Shown here in pieces: positions 1 to 8,899 of a stretch of DNA of 30,783 bases. How positions within the stretch are numbered: the stretch's first letter is position 1; every line of letters starts with the position of its first letter. The notes under the pieces are model-generated. The model was not told the DNA's origin. It worked only from the letters and a program-made list of their open reading frames with translations, and did not search any database. The DNA lies in assembly GCA_050248615.1 (NCBI GenBank), contig JBFWSA010000027.1, forward strand, positions 1 through 30,783. Direction: 5' to 3'. The position numbers and the translations under genes are program-made. The stretch comes from Simkaniaceae bacterium. GTDB taxonomy: Bacteria; Chlamydiota; Chlamydiia; Chlamydiales; Simkaniaceae.

Positions 1-187
1 AATACAAAAGCTATCACTTGATTTTACAAAAATAGGCTGCACGTGAAGAAATTTGAAAATTCACATCATACTCTCATAGAGAAAGAAATAAACTGAAATT
101 TAAATTAAATAATCATTGCACAATCTCCTTGCTAAATAGACAATAAGAGAAAAATAGGTTATATTGTAACCTTTATTAAGGTTAGTT

Positions 188-583
188 ATGAATAGTTCCA
201 AAAAATCATTTAATTTAGAAGAGATTGAAAATGCTCTACAGCTCAAATTTCCTGAGTTGGGTGCTCTTTGTGATGAGCTTGCCCATGTTGCCTATGCGTT
301 TCCTAAACAAACACCAGAAGAGGGGACTACCAGAGCAAAGGTACTTACTAATCAACATTTTGATACCAAGCAGCAAATATTCCTCGACTTTGTTTTAAAC
401 CAGTATGTCAAGCTTTGCGTAGAAGAACTTGAGAAAGAAAAACTTGGACCTCTTCTCCGCCTTAGTTATGGGAATTCTATACGAGATGCACTTTTAGACC
501 TTGGAAAATCTGAACAGATCGGCGTTACATTTGAAAGCTTCCAAAAGTACCTCTATCAACCCCACCGATTGAGGGGTAGATAA
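188..583 (+). pseudogene. Remnant of type I restriction enzyme R subunit C-terminal domain (EcoEI_R_C-like), with an apparently unrelated ~25-aa N-terminus
   Basis: LAHVAYA...RAK...KQQIFLDFVLNQYV..VEEL..EKL.PLLRL.Y.NSI.DAL.DLG...FQKYLY matches the HsdR C-terminal tail. Only 131 aa, with no nuclease or helicase domains. Confidence 0.75.
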
Positions 584-1254
584 TGGCCAACTTCATTAGG
601 TTATTAGACATCCCCTATACTTTTCTCCTTAAACATTCCATCAGTGCCACATTTATCCTGATATCAATATTTTTCACAATCACAAAACTATATGCTATTG
701 ATATCTGGAAGGGCTTATACTCTTTTACTGAAGCTATTTTATGTTCATACTTATTTTACTTTATAGTTGTGTTTATTCCTCAAAAACGGCGAACTAAACA
801 CATCAAAAAAATAGTCTTAATAGCTTACGATGATTTCAAGGAAGAGATTATTTCTCATCTTGTTCAAATGTCTGACCAGCATATAGACAACATAAAAAAT
901 CTGTTTGAACCTTCCGTTTTTAGGCAACATTTCCCTAAGGAGAAGTGGTACCAAGTAGCGAATTCTTTGTACGATAATCAAAAGTTTGCGCATACCTGGC
1001 GCCTAAAGTCTCAATTCTTAAGAAATAAGATTATCTTCCTACTAAATGCAGTAGAACATAATGATAGCCAATCTTTTTCATCTTTAAAAATCTTCTGCTG
1101 GAACCTTCAAGAACTGGAGTCAATTAACCTAACATATGATTATGAAAGCCAAAAACAGCTCATGCAGTTTTTTTGGCAAATATTTGCTGGATGGAACTTT
1201 ATTAAGGGTTATCTGAAATATGACTACATAAAAACAACAATATGCAAATTGTAA
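583..1254 (+). CDS. Hypothetical protein with two N-terminal transmembrane segments and a soluble C-terminal domain
   Basis: 223-aa ORF with hydrophobic stretches ISATFILISIFFTI and AILCSYLFYFIVVFIP followed by KRRTK. Start overlaps the upstream stop (TAATG). Confidence 0.7.
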   Translation: MANFIRLLDIPYTFLLKHSISATFILISIFFTITKLYAIDIWKGLYSFTEAILCSYLFYFIVVFIPQKRRTKHIKKIVLIAYDDFKEEIISHLVQMSDQHIDNIKNLFEPSVFRQHFPKEKWYQVANSLYDNQKFAHTWRLKSQFLRNKIIFLLNAVEHNDSQSFSSLKIFCWNLQELESINLTYDYESQKQLMQFFWQIFAGWNFIKGYLKYDYIKTTICKL

Positions 1255-1263
1255 CAAATTACC

Positions 1264-2775
1264 ATGATATTAAATAGCAACTCGAAAAAAAACATCTGTA
1301 TCACCCCATCTCATTTATTCCAATACAGTTATCAACCTCTTTGGATATGGTATGACCTTTTTGGTGATTCATCAAAAAAGGAGCCTCTTTCTAGCTTCGC
1401 GATGAAAATACTGGAAGATGGGGTACTCCATGAAAAACAGGTCATTCAACATCTTTCGATTACTTCTGTAGATACAACATGCTCAGAGAAGGCTTTGAAA
1501 GAAACCCTTGCTCTTATGCAAAAGGGAGAGCCTCTTATCTACCAGGGAAGTATTCAAGCTGAGATAGAAAGCATTTTGTACTATGGTCGCCCAGACCTTC
1601 TTCAAAAAGTAGAAGGCTCATCGATTTTTGGTGATTGGACGTATATGCCCATCGATATCAAATCTTCCAATTCTATTAAGCCACTCCAAAAATACCAGCT
1701 TATCATTTACGGATGGATACTGAGCACTCTCCTAAAATCTGATATCCCGACCGGAACAATTATCAATAGCCAAAGCGAATACCTTGCTGTTGACCTAATC
1801 AACAAAAAGGACCAAGATAAAGCACGCTCCATGTGTTCCGATATTGCAGATATCATGCGAGGGAAAAGACCTGGTATCAATGTCACCAGCAATGCAAAAA
1901 ACAGCCCTTGGTACAAGTTAATGTATCAAGAGGCTCTTAGCGAAAGAGATATCTCTCTAATCTACAAGCTTGATGGCAGGTCGGTAAAAGCTCTCAGAGA
2001 CCTTAAAATTACGACGATTGACCAATTTCTCCAGACAAATATTGAAACCCTTCCCCAAATACCTTATGCCCCTTTTGACAAGCTCCAACGCGCGCAACTT
2101 CAGGCCCAGTCGCTCATTGAAAATAAAATCATTTGGTTTTCAAATCCCAATCTTGCTCCAGAAGCGGACCTAAAGCTCTTTTTTGATATTGAGGGAAGCC
2201 CCTGGGAGAAAGTAGAGTATTTATTCGGGTTTTGGATAGTTGGTGACCCCGAGAAAAAGCTCATTACCTGTGATGTTCAATACCGGACCTTTGACGAAGA
2301 CCCAAGTAAATACTTCCTCTATTTTTTAGCTGAATCTCCAGATAAGGAAGAAGAACTTTGGAAAAACTTTCTTCGGTGGATTGAAACTTTACCTTCAGGC
2401 TACCAAGTAATCCACTATGCCGATTATGAACGCTCGCACATTAACAGCTTAGCCGAAAAATATGGAGACAGTGATTCCCGACAAGCCTTTATGACCCACA
2501 TGCTAGACCTCGAAAAGGTTATCCAAAAATCGGTGATTTTCCCTCTCCATTTCTATTCCATCAAAGACATCGCAAAGTCAGATTTTCTAGGGTTTAAGTG
2601 GCGACATGAAAAAGCTGGTGGCAGCCAGAGTATATTCTGGTATGAAGAGTGGCTTGAAACAAGCAGATCCGAAATTTTAGATGATATTATCAACTACAAT
2701 GAAGACGATGTGCGTGCGACCGAGCATCTTTATCTTTGGTTAAAAAATCGCAACAACCCAAACACTTATAAATAA
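1264..2775 (+). CDS. TM0106-family RecB-like nuclease (N-terminal PD-(D/E)xK domain, C-terminal RNase H-like DEDD exonuclease domain)
   Basis: G.LHE, GRPDLL...PIDIK and QL..Y (RecB/Cas4-type motifs); FFDIEG, HYADYE, YSIKDIA and YNEDDVRAT (RNase_H_2-type motifs). Confidence 0.88.
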   Translation: MILNSNSKKNICITPSHLFQYSYQPLWIWYDLFGDSSKKEPLSSFAMKILEDGVLHEKQVIQHLSITSVDTTCSEKALKETLALMQKGEPLIYQGSIQAEIESILYYGRPDLLQKVEGSSIFGDWTYMPIDIKSSNSIKPLQKYQLIIYGWILSTLLKSDIPTGTIINSQSEYLAVDLINKKDQDKARSMCSDIADIMRGKRPGINVTSNAKNSPWYKLMYQEALSERDISLIYKLDGRSVKALRDLKITTIDQFLQTNIETLPQIPYAPFDKLQRAQLQAQSLIENKIIWFSNPNLAPEADLKLFFDIEGSPWEKVEYLFGFWIVGDPEKKLITCDVQYRTFDEDPSKYFLYFLAESPDKEEELWKNFLRWIETLPSGYQVIHYADYERSHINSLAEKYGDSDSRQAFMTHMLDLEKVIQKSVIFPLHFYSIKDIAKSDFLGFKWRHEKAGGSQSIFWYEEWLETSRSEILDDIINYNEDDVRATEHLYLWLKNRNNPNTYK

Positions 2776-2797
2776 CTTTTATAAAAGGTAGCATAAA

Positions 2798-3112
2798 ATG
2801 AATAACAAACACTCTAATTCAGTCATTACACAAAACTCACCAAAATCACGCTTTGTTGCTTTGGTACTGTGTTGGTTTTTGGGTTCCCTTGGGGCGCATC
2901 GCTTTTATGTGGGAAAGGTAGGAACCGCAATTTTTATGATTTTGACGCTTGGTGGGCTAGGTATTTGGCCGTTAATAGACTTGATTATTATCCTTGTGGG
3001 ATCCTTTCGGGACAAACAGAGGCGTATTGTTTTTTCTTGGTTCGAGCCTCAATCACTGGACCGCCATCCTGAATGTGACGCCACCACTCTTACCACGGAA
3101 ACTCACGCATGA
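2798..3112 (+). CDS. TM2 domain-containing membrane protein
   Basis: KSRFVALVLCWFLGSLGAHRFYVGKVGTAIFMILTLGGLGIWPLIDLI is the canonical TM2 pattern. Confidence 0.9.
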   Translation: MNNKHSNSVITQNSPKSRFVALVLCWFLGSLGAHRFYVGKVGTAIFMILTLGGLGIWPLIDLIIILVGSFRDKQRRIVFSWFEPQSLDRHPECDATTLTTETHA

Positions 3113-3282
3113 CTGTTAGACTAAATCTTAGCTTCTAGTCCCTGCTCTATACCAGCTATTTTGACACTTTTATCGAAAAATGATGATTTTTTGGCTATTT
3201 GGGCCCAATCAAAAGTTCTGAACGCATCTCTCCACCTCCAATACATTGGACACTTTTTTGTAGTCCACCATCCTATTAAATG

Positions 3283-3310
3283 GCTCGCACACCTGTGCGA
3301 GCTCTTTTTT
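3283..3310 (+). terminator. Rho-independent terminator
   Basis: GCTCGCAC-ACCT-GTGCGAGC hairpin followed by TCTTTTTT, downstream of the 188-3112 cassette. Confidence 0.65.
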
Positions 3311-3436
3311 GATCCAAAATGAGGCACTTGATAAACTCTCTCTGAAAGAAATTTCAGACGCTCCATTTCTGAAAACCACAGTCATTTCAAAAAAATCTTA
3401 CTGTCTATCGATTTTTTTCATCTAAACACTCTACCA

Positions 3437-3473
3437 TTTACATAAAATCATTCAACTGATATATTACATATCA
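3437..3473 (+). promoter_or_regulatory. Sigma70-type promoter of gntR with overlapping dyad (candidate GntR operator)
   Basis: TTTACA (3437-3442), 17-bp spacer, TATATT (3460-3465); dyad TGATAT-N5-ATATCA (3457-3473) over the -10. Confidence 0.55.
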
Positions 3474-3491
3474 CTTAAGTGTGAGGATCAA

Positions 3492-4139
3492 ATGGAAGAA
3501 AAGATTAAGCGTACTCTCGTTCGTCAAGAAGCCTATCATAAGCTACGTCATTGGATTTTAGATGGAACCCTCTCCCCTGGGATAAAGCTACGTGATAAAG
3601 AGTTAGCTGTGAAGCTCGGAGTCAGTAGAACACCGATCCGCGAAGCTATGCTGCGTCTTGAAAATGAAGGCTTAGTACAAACAAAACCCAACTTTTCAAC
3701 GCATGTGAGCTCCATCGATTTTCATAATGCTTTCCATTTATATTCAATTGTTTGTGCATTAGAAAAACTAGCTGCAACCCAAGCCGTCGAATCCATTCAT
3801 GAGGAACATATTCAACTAATGCACGAAGCTAATGAACGATTTTTGAAAAGTATGAATTGTCGCGATCGATTATCCGCTCTGAATGCAGATCATGATTTTC
3901 ACTCTATTTATATAAAATTGTCTCAAAATGAAGAGTTAGAGAAAATTATTTCTGATTTAAAAACTAAATTAAAAAGAATTGATTTGTATTACTTTGAAAA
4001 AATAAAAGATGCGCATCATTCTTATGAGGAACATCAACAAATCATAGAAGCATTCAGACACAAGGATCTTCCGCAGATCATTAAAACCATTGAGAGTAAC
4101 TGGAAAAATAGTTTTTCTCGATTTAACTCCCATTTTTGA
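3492..4139 (+). CDS. GntR family transcriptional regulator (FCD domain)
   Basis: LAVKLGVSRTPIREAMLRLENEGLV wHTH; D.DFH and EEHQQIIEA FCD motifs. Confidence 0.93.
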   Translation: MEEKIKRTLVRQEAYHKLRHWILDGTLSPGIKLRDKELAVKLGVSRTPIREAMLRLENEGLVQTKPNFSTHVSSIDFHNAFHLYSIVCALEKLAATQAVESIHEEHIQLMHEANERFLKSMNCRDRLSALNADHDFHSIYIKLSQNEELEKIISDLKTKLKRIDLYYFEKIKDAHHSYEEHQQIIEAFRHKDLPQIIKTIESNWKNSFSRFNSHF

Positions 4140-4167
4140 AGCTGTTTAGATAGAAAGGAGGACTATT

Positions 4168-4581
4168 ATGTTCGTAAATAAATTAGTTGCAGTGATGAAC
4201 GATAAAATTGAGCTTGGGGTGGTCATGAATGCCTTAGCACATATGTGTATGGGTTTTGGAGCGGAGATAGGAAAAGACCTTTTACGTTTGACCCATTATA
4301 TCGACGCTGATGGAGGCTCCCATCCTCACATATCGGAGATGCCTTTTATGATTTTAAAAGCGAAAAACTCAAACAAAATTGCTTCCCTCAAAGCATCTGC
4401 CTTAGAACGAGGTATTAAATGTGTAGACTTTACAGATACAATGACAATTGGAACCTATCAAGACCAATTAGAACGCACTCAAAAAACAAAGGGAGTGGAT
4501 CTAAATTATTACGGAATAGTCTTATTCGGTGATTGGGATACTGTATCAGAACTTACCAAAAAGTTCTCATTATTTAAATAA
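4168..4581 (+). CDS. DUF2000 family protein (PTH2-like fold)
   Basis: GVVMNALAH, YIDADG..H..IS..P, DFTDTM and C-terminal LTKKFSL; strong SD AGGAGG upstream. Confidence 0.8.
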   Translation: MFVNKLVAVMNDKIELGVVMNALAHMCMGFGAEIGKDLLRLTHYIDADGGSHPHISEMPFMILKAKNSNKIASLKASALERGIKCVDFTDTMTIGTYQDQLERTQKTKGVDLNYYGIVLFGDWDTVSELTKKFSLFK

Positions 4582-4613
4582 GTTGAGACCATTGTAAAAG
4601 TCAAAAAAACTAC

Positions 4614-4638
4614 AAAGGCCGGGAAACTCCCGGCCTTT
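4614..4638. terminator. Bidirectional intrinsic terminator
   Basis: AAAGGCCGGGA-AAC-TCCCGGCCTTT between convergent genes. Confidence 0.8.
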
Positions 4639-4650
4639 ATTCCTAGAAGA

Positions 4651-6455
4651 CTATTTCCTGGCGTAAGGACCCACTCTAAATAGGTTGATAATGGCACTAT
4701 CCGTTCGGATTTGAATCGTACCAAATACAGGATCCAGATAAAGCAGCGTTTCTGCAAACGCAACCTCTTGAACCTGATCCTTTTTAATCTTATCCGCTTC
4801 TTCTATTGTAGGAAAATCAGAAGCTTCCCAAATTTTACCCATCCATAAGGCATTTGTAAAACGATCGGTCTTTTCTCCAAAACAATGGTGATAACAGATT
4901 CCCTGATTGACGGTATACTGGAAGAATCCTCTATAAGTCGTGCCGCCTAAGAAAATTTCGGTGGGGATTGCATATAAAGTCTCTCCTGATTTTTCTTCAG
5001 TGAAGCAATAATTAGATCCTACAAACTGGTCAATAATCGAGGGAAAAGCATGAAAGAGTGTGATTTTTTCCTGAATGGATTGACTTTGATGTGCATGACC
5101 TTCTTGTACAAGGGCGCTTTGTGGACATTCACGCCACCGCGTAACACGCTCCGCATAAAAAAGGGGCTCTTCTAAACCTCCTTCAAATTGGATCGCCACT
5201 TTCCATCCCTCTTCCAAAGAGATTTTGATGGAATCACTTGCAATCAAAGAAGGCTCTATTTCAGGAGGAGCCTCACGGAGCTTTTCGAACTTTTGATCAC
5301 GAATCTCCCAGTCAGTTAAAGGAAATCGTTTGGGATCTAGAGAGAAATAATCTTCATGGGAAGGGAGGGCTCGCTTTTCATTCTCTATTAAAAAAGAAAA
5401 TTTTAACTTTCCATAGTTTTCAGTAAATTGTTTACGTTGCTTCTGAGTACCCTGACCCTCTCTTATCCTATCCCATTCCTTCCGCAAGAACTGATAAATC
5501 CCTTCTGAAGCTCTAACCTCTTCTTCAAGCTCCCTTAAAAGGGTATCTCTTGCTTCATACTCTTCTAAATCATAAAACTCGCTATAGGTGCCGCTCTCCT
5601 GTTTTTCCAATTGGTCATTGATATAATCATTTACTTTAGTGAAATACTTTCTCAACCCAGAGAAATAGGAATTAAAATAGTGGGGATCTTTTGGATTTAG
5701 CAAAGGCAGTATTAATTTGCCAAAAATAAAACCTTGAGCGGACGATCTTGGGGCTTCGAAAGAATATTCAGCCCCAATAAGATAAGTATGCGCAATCTTA
5801 CAAATCTCCACATTTTGTTCAGTTTCTAAAACCCTTCCCATTTTTTCTATTGTTTTTTTATCAGCTGCTTTACAGATTCCCCCTAAACTGTACATATTGG
5901 AAATGAAAAACTGGTGTCCAGACGTTGTTGAAATCCAATCTTTGGTAAAACTATACACACTATCCTGGGCAGCTCCAAATTTGAAATTTCCCATTTTTTC
6001 TACTATTTTATAACCTGCTTTTAAAAAGCGTTGCTCGATCTTAATCGTTTTCAAGACACTAAGCGTGTCCTCCATAACTCCCTTAAAAATTATCCTCCCT
6101 TCATAAAGTTTGGAGAGTTCTTCTTGAACCTCCTTTGCATAGGTCAAAAGGGTAGCCCGCTGATTAAACGCTTGGATAGAGTCAAAAAATAGCCGAGGCA
6201 AATGCTTTGAATGGGGATCTTCTTTATAGAGAATGCCAGGGTAAACCTGACTTTTTTAGCAACGGGGATGTCGTCTTTTGACTCACACCACACATGGGTT
6301 TGCATGTAAAAAATAAGAGTTAGGAGCTTCGCTTTTTGTGCGGAATCTTTTGTAACATTAAGCTCTTGATCAAGAAAGCACGCTTCACCCTTTTGAAGAC
6401 ATTCATAGACAGTGTAAACATTTTTTGAAATTCGACTTAATTCGTTTGCACTCAT
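4651..6455 (-). pseudogene. Frameshifted ~600-aa hypothetical protein (ORFs 6144-6491 and 4651-6201 are probably one gene)
   Basis: The upstream ORF has ATG at 6455 with a GAGGG SD. The downstream frame opens right after TAA in GCTAAAAAAGTC (A6 run, plus-strand T6 at 6252-6257); one extra A joins the frames. Confidence 0.6.
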
Positions 6456-6530
6456 TTTTCCCTCATTTTTTAGAGGGAAATTGTATAGCACAAAACAATT
6501 AATTACAAAAAACCAATTTAAAAAATGCTA

Positions 6531-6953
6531 TTAATCTTTTATAGCCACTACTCTCTTAAGCATCTCTTCCATTTCTTTAGGAATTTTCTTTTTAATAAAT
6601 CGCCCCAGCATACAGGCAAAGAATAGAGACAAAGGGCCTCGAATTTCTACTGTGAACGTCACTTGTGTTTTGCCAGCAAGATGATTCATTGATTGATAAC
6701 TAACAACCTTCGCAAATGAAAGATACGCCTCCTGAACCACTAACTTAAAGGGCTCAACTTGTGTTAATAACGTTTTGAAAAGGGGGGTCCCAATAAATTT
6801 TGTACATCCCATTGTTCCCGCTTGAAAGGGACCATCAATTTGACTGAGCTCAATGTCTTGATCCCATTTTTTCCAGTTTTCAACATCTTTCCAAACATTC
6901 CAAATTTGGGCAGGTGTGGCCTTTGTTTCTAGGGTATGTTTAATAATACGCAT
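6531..6953 (-). CDS. SRPBCC / polyketide cyclase family protein
   Basis: ATPAQIWNVWKDVENWKKWD...IDGPFQAGT.G pattern. Confidence 0.85.
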   Translation of the reverse strand: MRIIKHTLETKATPAQIWNVWKDVENWKKWDQDIELSQIDGPFQAGTMGCTKFIGTPLFKTLLTQVEPFKLVVQEAYLSFAKVVSYQSMNHLAGKTQVTFTVEIRGPLSLFFACMLGRFIKKKIPKEMEEMLKRVVAIKD

Positions 6954-6956
6954 GTT

Positions 6957-7472
6957 CTAAATATCTTCCTTTAACCATTGAATTTCTAATGCAAGATGAG
7001 CCATCCCATACCTCAATGCTTTGAGACGAATGGCTTTACGAGGTGAATCCCCTAAACCCTCTAATCTTTTCTCGATTGCTTTGTATGCTTCAAAAGTCTT
7101 TTCGATCTTCTCTAGCCTTTCTAAAAATAGTCGAGCGATTTCATCAGAATCCGTCACAAAAAAGATCTTCAGAAGAAACTCATTACGGGGAATTTCTGAT
7201 CCCGTTGGACTCTTTATCCAAGCGTTAAATTCTTCCCTCCCCTTGTCTGTAATGGAAAAAACTTCCTTTTTCTTTTTCCCGACATACTGGACCTCAGAAA
7301 GCACTTTTCCTTCCTCTGCCAAAACCTTCAACATGGGATAGATCGTAGAATCGGACTCCCGCCAGAAATATACTGTCGACCTACCCATCAGAGTCTTGAT
7401 TTCATACCCTGAGCTAGGCTTCTCGAGGAGAATTCCCAAAATTGCATAACGTGTTTTATTGACTGATCTCAT
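6957..7472 (-). CDS. PadR family transcriptional regulator
   Basis: ILGILLEKPSSGYEIK, FW.ES..TIYP.LK.L, KK.VFSITDKGRE and C-terminal RNEFLLKIFF. Confidence 0.93.
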   Translation of the reverse strand: MRSVNKTRYAILGILLEKPSSGYEIKTLMGRSTVYFWRESDSTIYPMLKVLAEEGKVLSEVQYVGKKKKEVFSITDKGREEFNAWIKSPTGSEIPRNEFLLKIFFVTDSDEIARLFLERLEKIEKTFEAYKAIEKRLEGLGDSPRKAIRLKALRYGMAHLALEIQWLKEDI

Positions 7473-7474
7473 AA

Positions 7475-7524
7475 AAAATACCCAGTTTCTAGGTATTTTA
7501 TACAGAAAGATCCTTTTCTAGCAA
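7475..7524 (-). promoter_or_regulatory. padR promoter and candidate operator dyad
   Basis: Minus strand TTGCTA, 18-bp spacer, TAAAAT; dyad AAAATACCcAGtttCTaGGTATTTT (7475-7499) just upstream of the ATG. Confidence 0.45.
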
Positions 7525-7599
7525 TGCAAAATTTGGGATAACCCCATTCCGAGGGAAATCACACCTATGTTAAACTGGCTGCTGCATGAGGAGGTTCTC

Positions 7600-8733
7600 T
7601 TGAAAATTATTGTTGTCGGAGGTGGGGCCGCGGGATTTTTTGCCGCCATTGCAGCAAAAACCACCTATCCCCAAGCTTCTGTGATTTTGCATGAACGGTC
7701 AAATCAAGTTTTGAGCAAGGTGCGGATCTCTGGTGGGGGAAGGTGCAATGTCACCCATGCCTGCTTCGACCCTAAAGAGCTTGTTAAAAACTATCCCCGG
7801 GGCTCAAAAGAACTCCTAGGACCCTTTCACCGTTTTCAACCTTTAGACACCATTCAGTGGTTTTTAGAAAAAGAGGTTGCTCTCAAAACGGAAGCGGATG
7901 GGCGGATGTTTCCTGTAACCGATTCTTCAGAAACCATTATCCAGTGCTTACTCAAAGAGGCCCAACGTGTGGGAGTGGAAATCCGCTTGCAATCAAAATT
8001 TACCCTAGAGACGTTCGATGGAGACCGTCTCATCCTAGCAACAGGGAGCGCGCCAAGTGGCTGGGACATCGCGAAAAAGCTTGGGCATACCATTGAGCCC
8101 CCTGTCCCCTCTCTTTTTACTTTCAATATTCCCCATTTCCCCCTTAAGTCGGTTGCTGGCATTTCTCTTAATCGGGTACGTTTAGAGTTAGAAGGGACTA
8201 AACTGTTTCAAGAAGGGCCCCTTCTGATTACCCATTGGGGATTAAGTGGCCCTGCAGCCCTCAAATTATCGGCTTTTGGAGCCCGCTACCTCGCAGAAAA
8301 TAATTATGAAGTCACTCTCTCTATTGACTGGCTTCCCCAATTTTCCGTAGAAGAACTCACCTCTCTTCTCAATCAGGAACATTCCCATAAAAAACTCAGC
8401 AGTATCCGCTCCCTCCCTCTACCTAAAAGACTGTGGAACCTTTTGTGCGAGGGAGAAGATCAACAGATAAACAGGATGAGCAAATCTACCTTACGTCAAC
8501 TTTGTGAAAAACTGAAACGGGACCGCTATCAGGTAAAGGGAAAGACCACGAATAAAGAGGAGTTTGTGACTTGTGGAGGGGTCACCTTATCCGAAGTCCA
8601 TTTTAAAACGATGGAGAGTAAGCTCCATCCTGGCCTCTATTTCTGTGGGGAAATCCTCGCTATTGATGGGATAACAGGGGGGTTTAATTTCCAAAATGCT
8701 TGGACCACGGGTTGGATCGCCGGAACTGCATAA
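7600..8733 (+). CDS. HI0933/BaiN family NAD(P)/FAD-dependent oxidoreductase (YhiN-like)
   Basis: VGGGAAG, KVRISGGGRCNVT, LITHWGLSGPA, EFVTCGGV and GITGGFNFQNAWTTG. TTG at 7600 follows a GAGGAGG SD (ORF track start is 7567). Confidence 0.93.
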   Translation: MKIIVVGGGAAGFFAAIAAKTTYPQASVILHERSNQVLSKVRISGGGRCNVTHACFDPKELVKNYPRGSKELLGPFHRFQPLDTIQWFLEKEVALKTEADGRMFPVTDSSETIIQCLLKEAQRVGVEIRLQSKFTLETFDGDRLILATGSAPSGWDIAKKLGHTIEPPVPSLFTFNIPHFPLKSVAGISLNRVRLELEGTKLFQEGPLLITHWGLSGPAALKLSAFGARYLAENNYEVTLSIDWLPQFSVEELTSLLNQEHSHKKLSSIRSLPLPKRLWNLLCEGEDQQINRMSKSTLRQLCEKLKRDRYQVKGKTTNKEEFVTCGGVTLSEVHFKTMESKLHPGLYFCGEILAIDGITGGFNFQNAWTTGWIAGTA

Positions 8734-8745
8734 AATAACGTTATT

Positions 8746-8895
8746 TTAGGACTTTTTCAAAAAACAGGTTTTGAGGACAAGGGTCGTTTTGCCATCACGA
8801 CATTCTATTTCCTCGGGATTATCTGTCAGATGGATATTCTTAAATTTTGTCCCCCTTTTCAGAGTTGTGGAAGACCCTTTTACCTTTAAATCAGC
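8746..8895 (-). pseudogene. phnA: 5'-truncated PhnA/YjdM C-terminal domain remnant
   Basis: Manual translation ADLKVKGSSTTLKRGTKFKNIHLTDNPEEIECRDGKTTLVLKTCFLKKS* matches the PhnA domain. It is preceded by an in-frame TAA and lacks the DSNG N-terminus. Confidence 0.8.
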
Positions 8896-8899
8896 TTAG

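Noticed and set aside
3147..3200. TATACCAGC... as a possible end of another TA-ended element
   Set aside because: No matching inverted partner was found nearby.
3213..3272. Possible tRNA-3'-end att remnant (...CTCTCCACCTCCA, TTGGACACTTTTTT)
   Set aside because: No GTTCGA T-loop, no cloverleaf and no second copy or integrase in the window.
3121..3366. 81-aa minus-strand ORF
   Set aside because: No recognisable motif, atypical composition, and it spans a plus-strand terminator; probably spurious.
6252..6258. Canonical A-AAA-AAG programmed -1 frameshift
   Set aside because: In the upstream frame the codons read GCT-AAA-AAA-GTC, so the heptamer is out of phase for tandem slippage; a simple indel is more likely.
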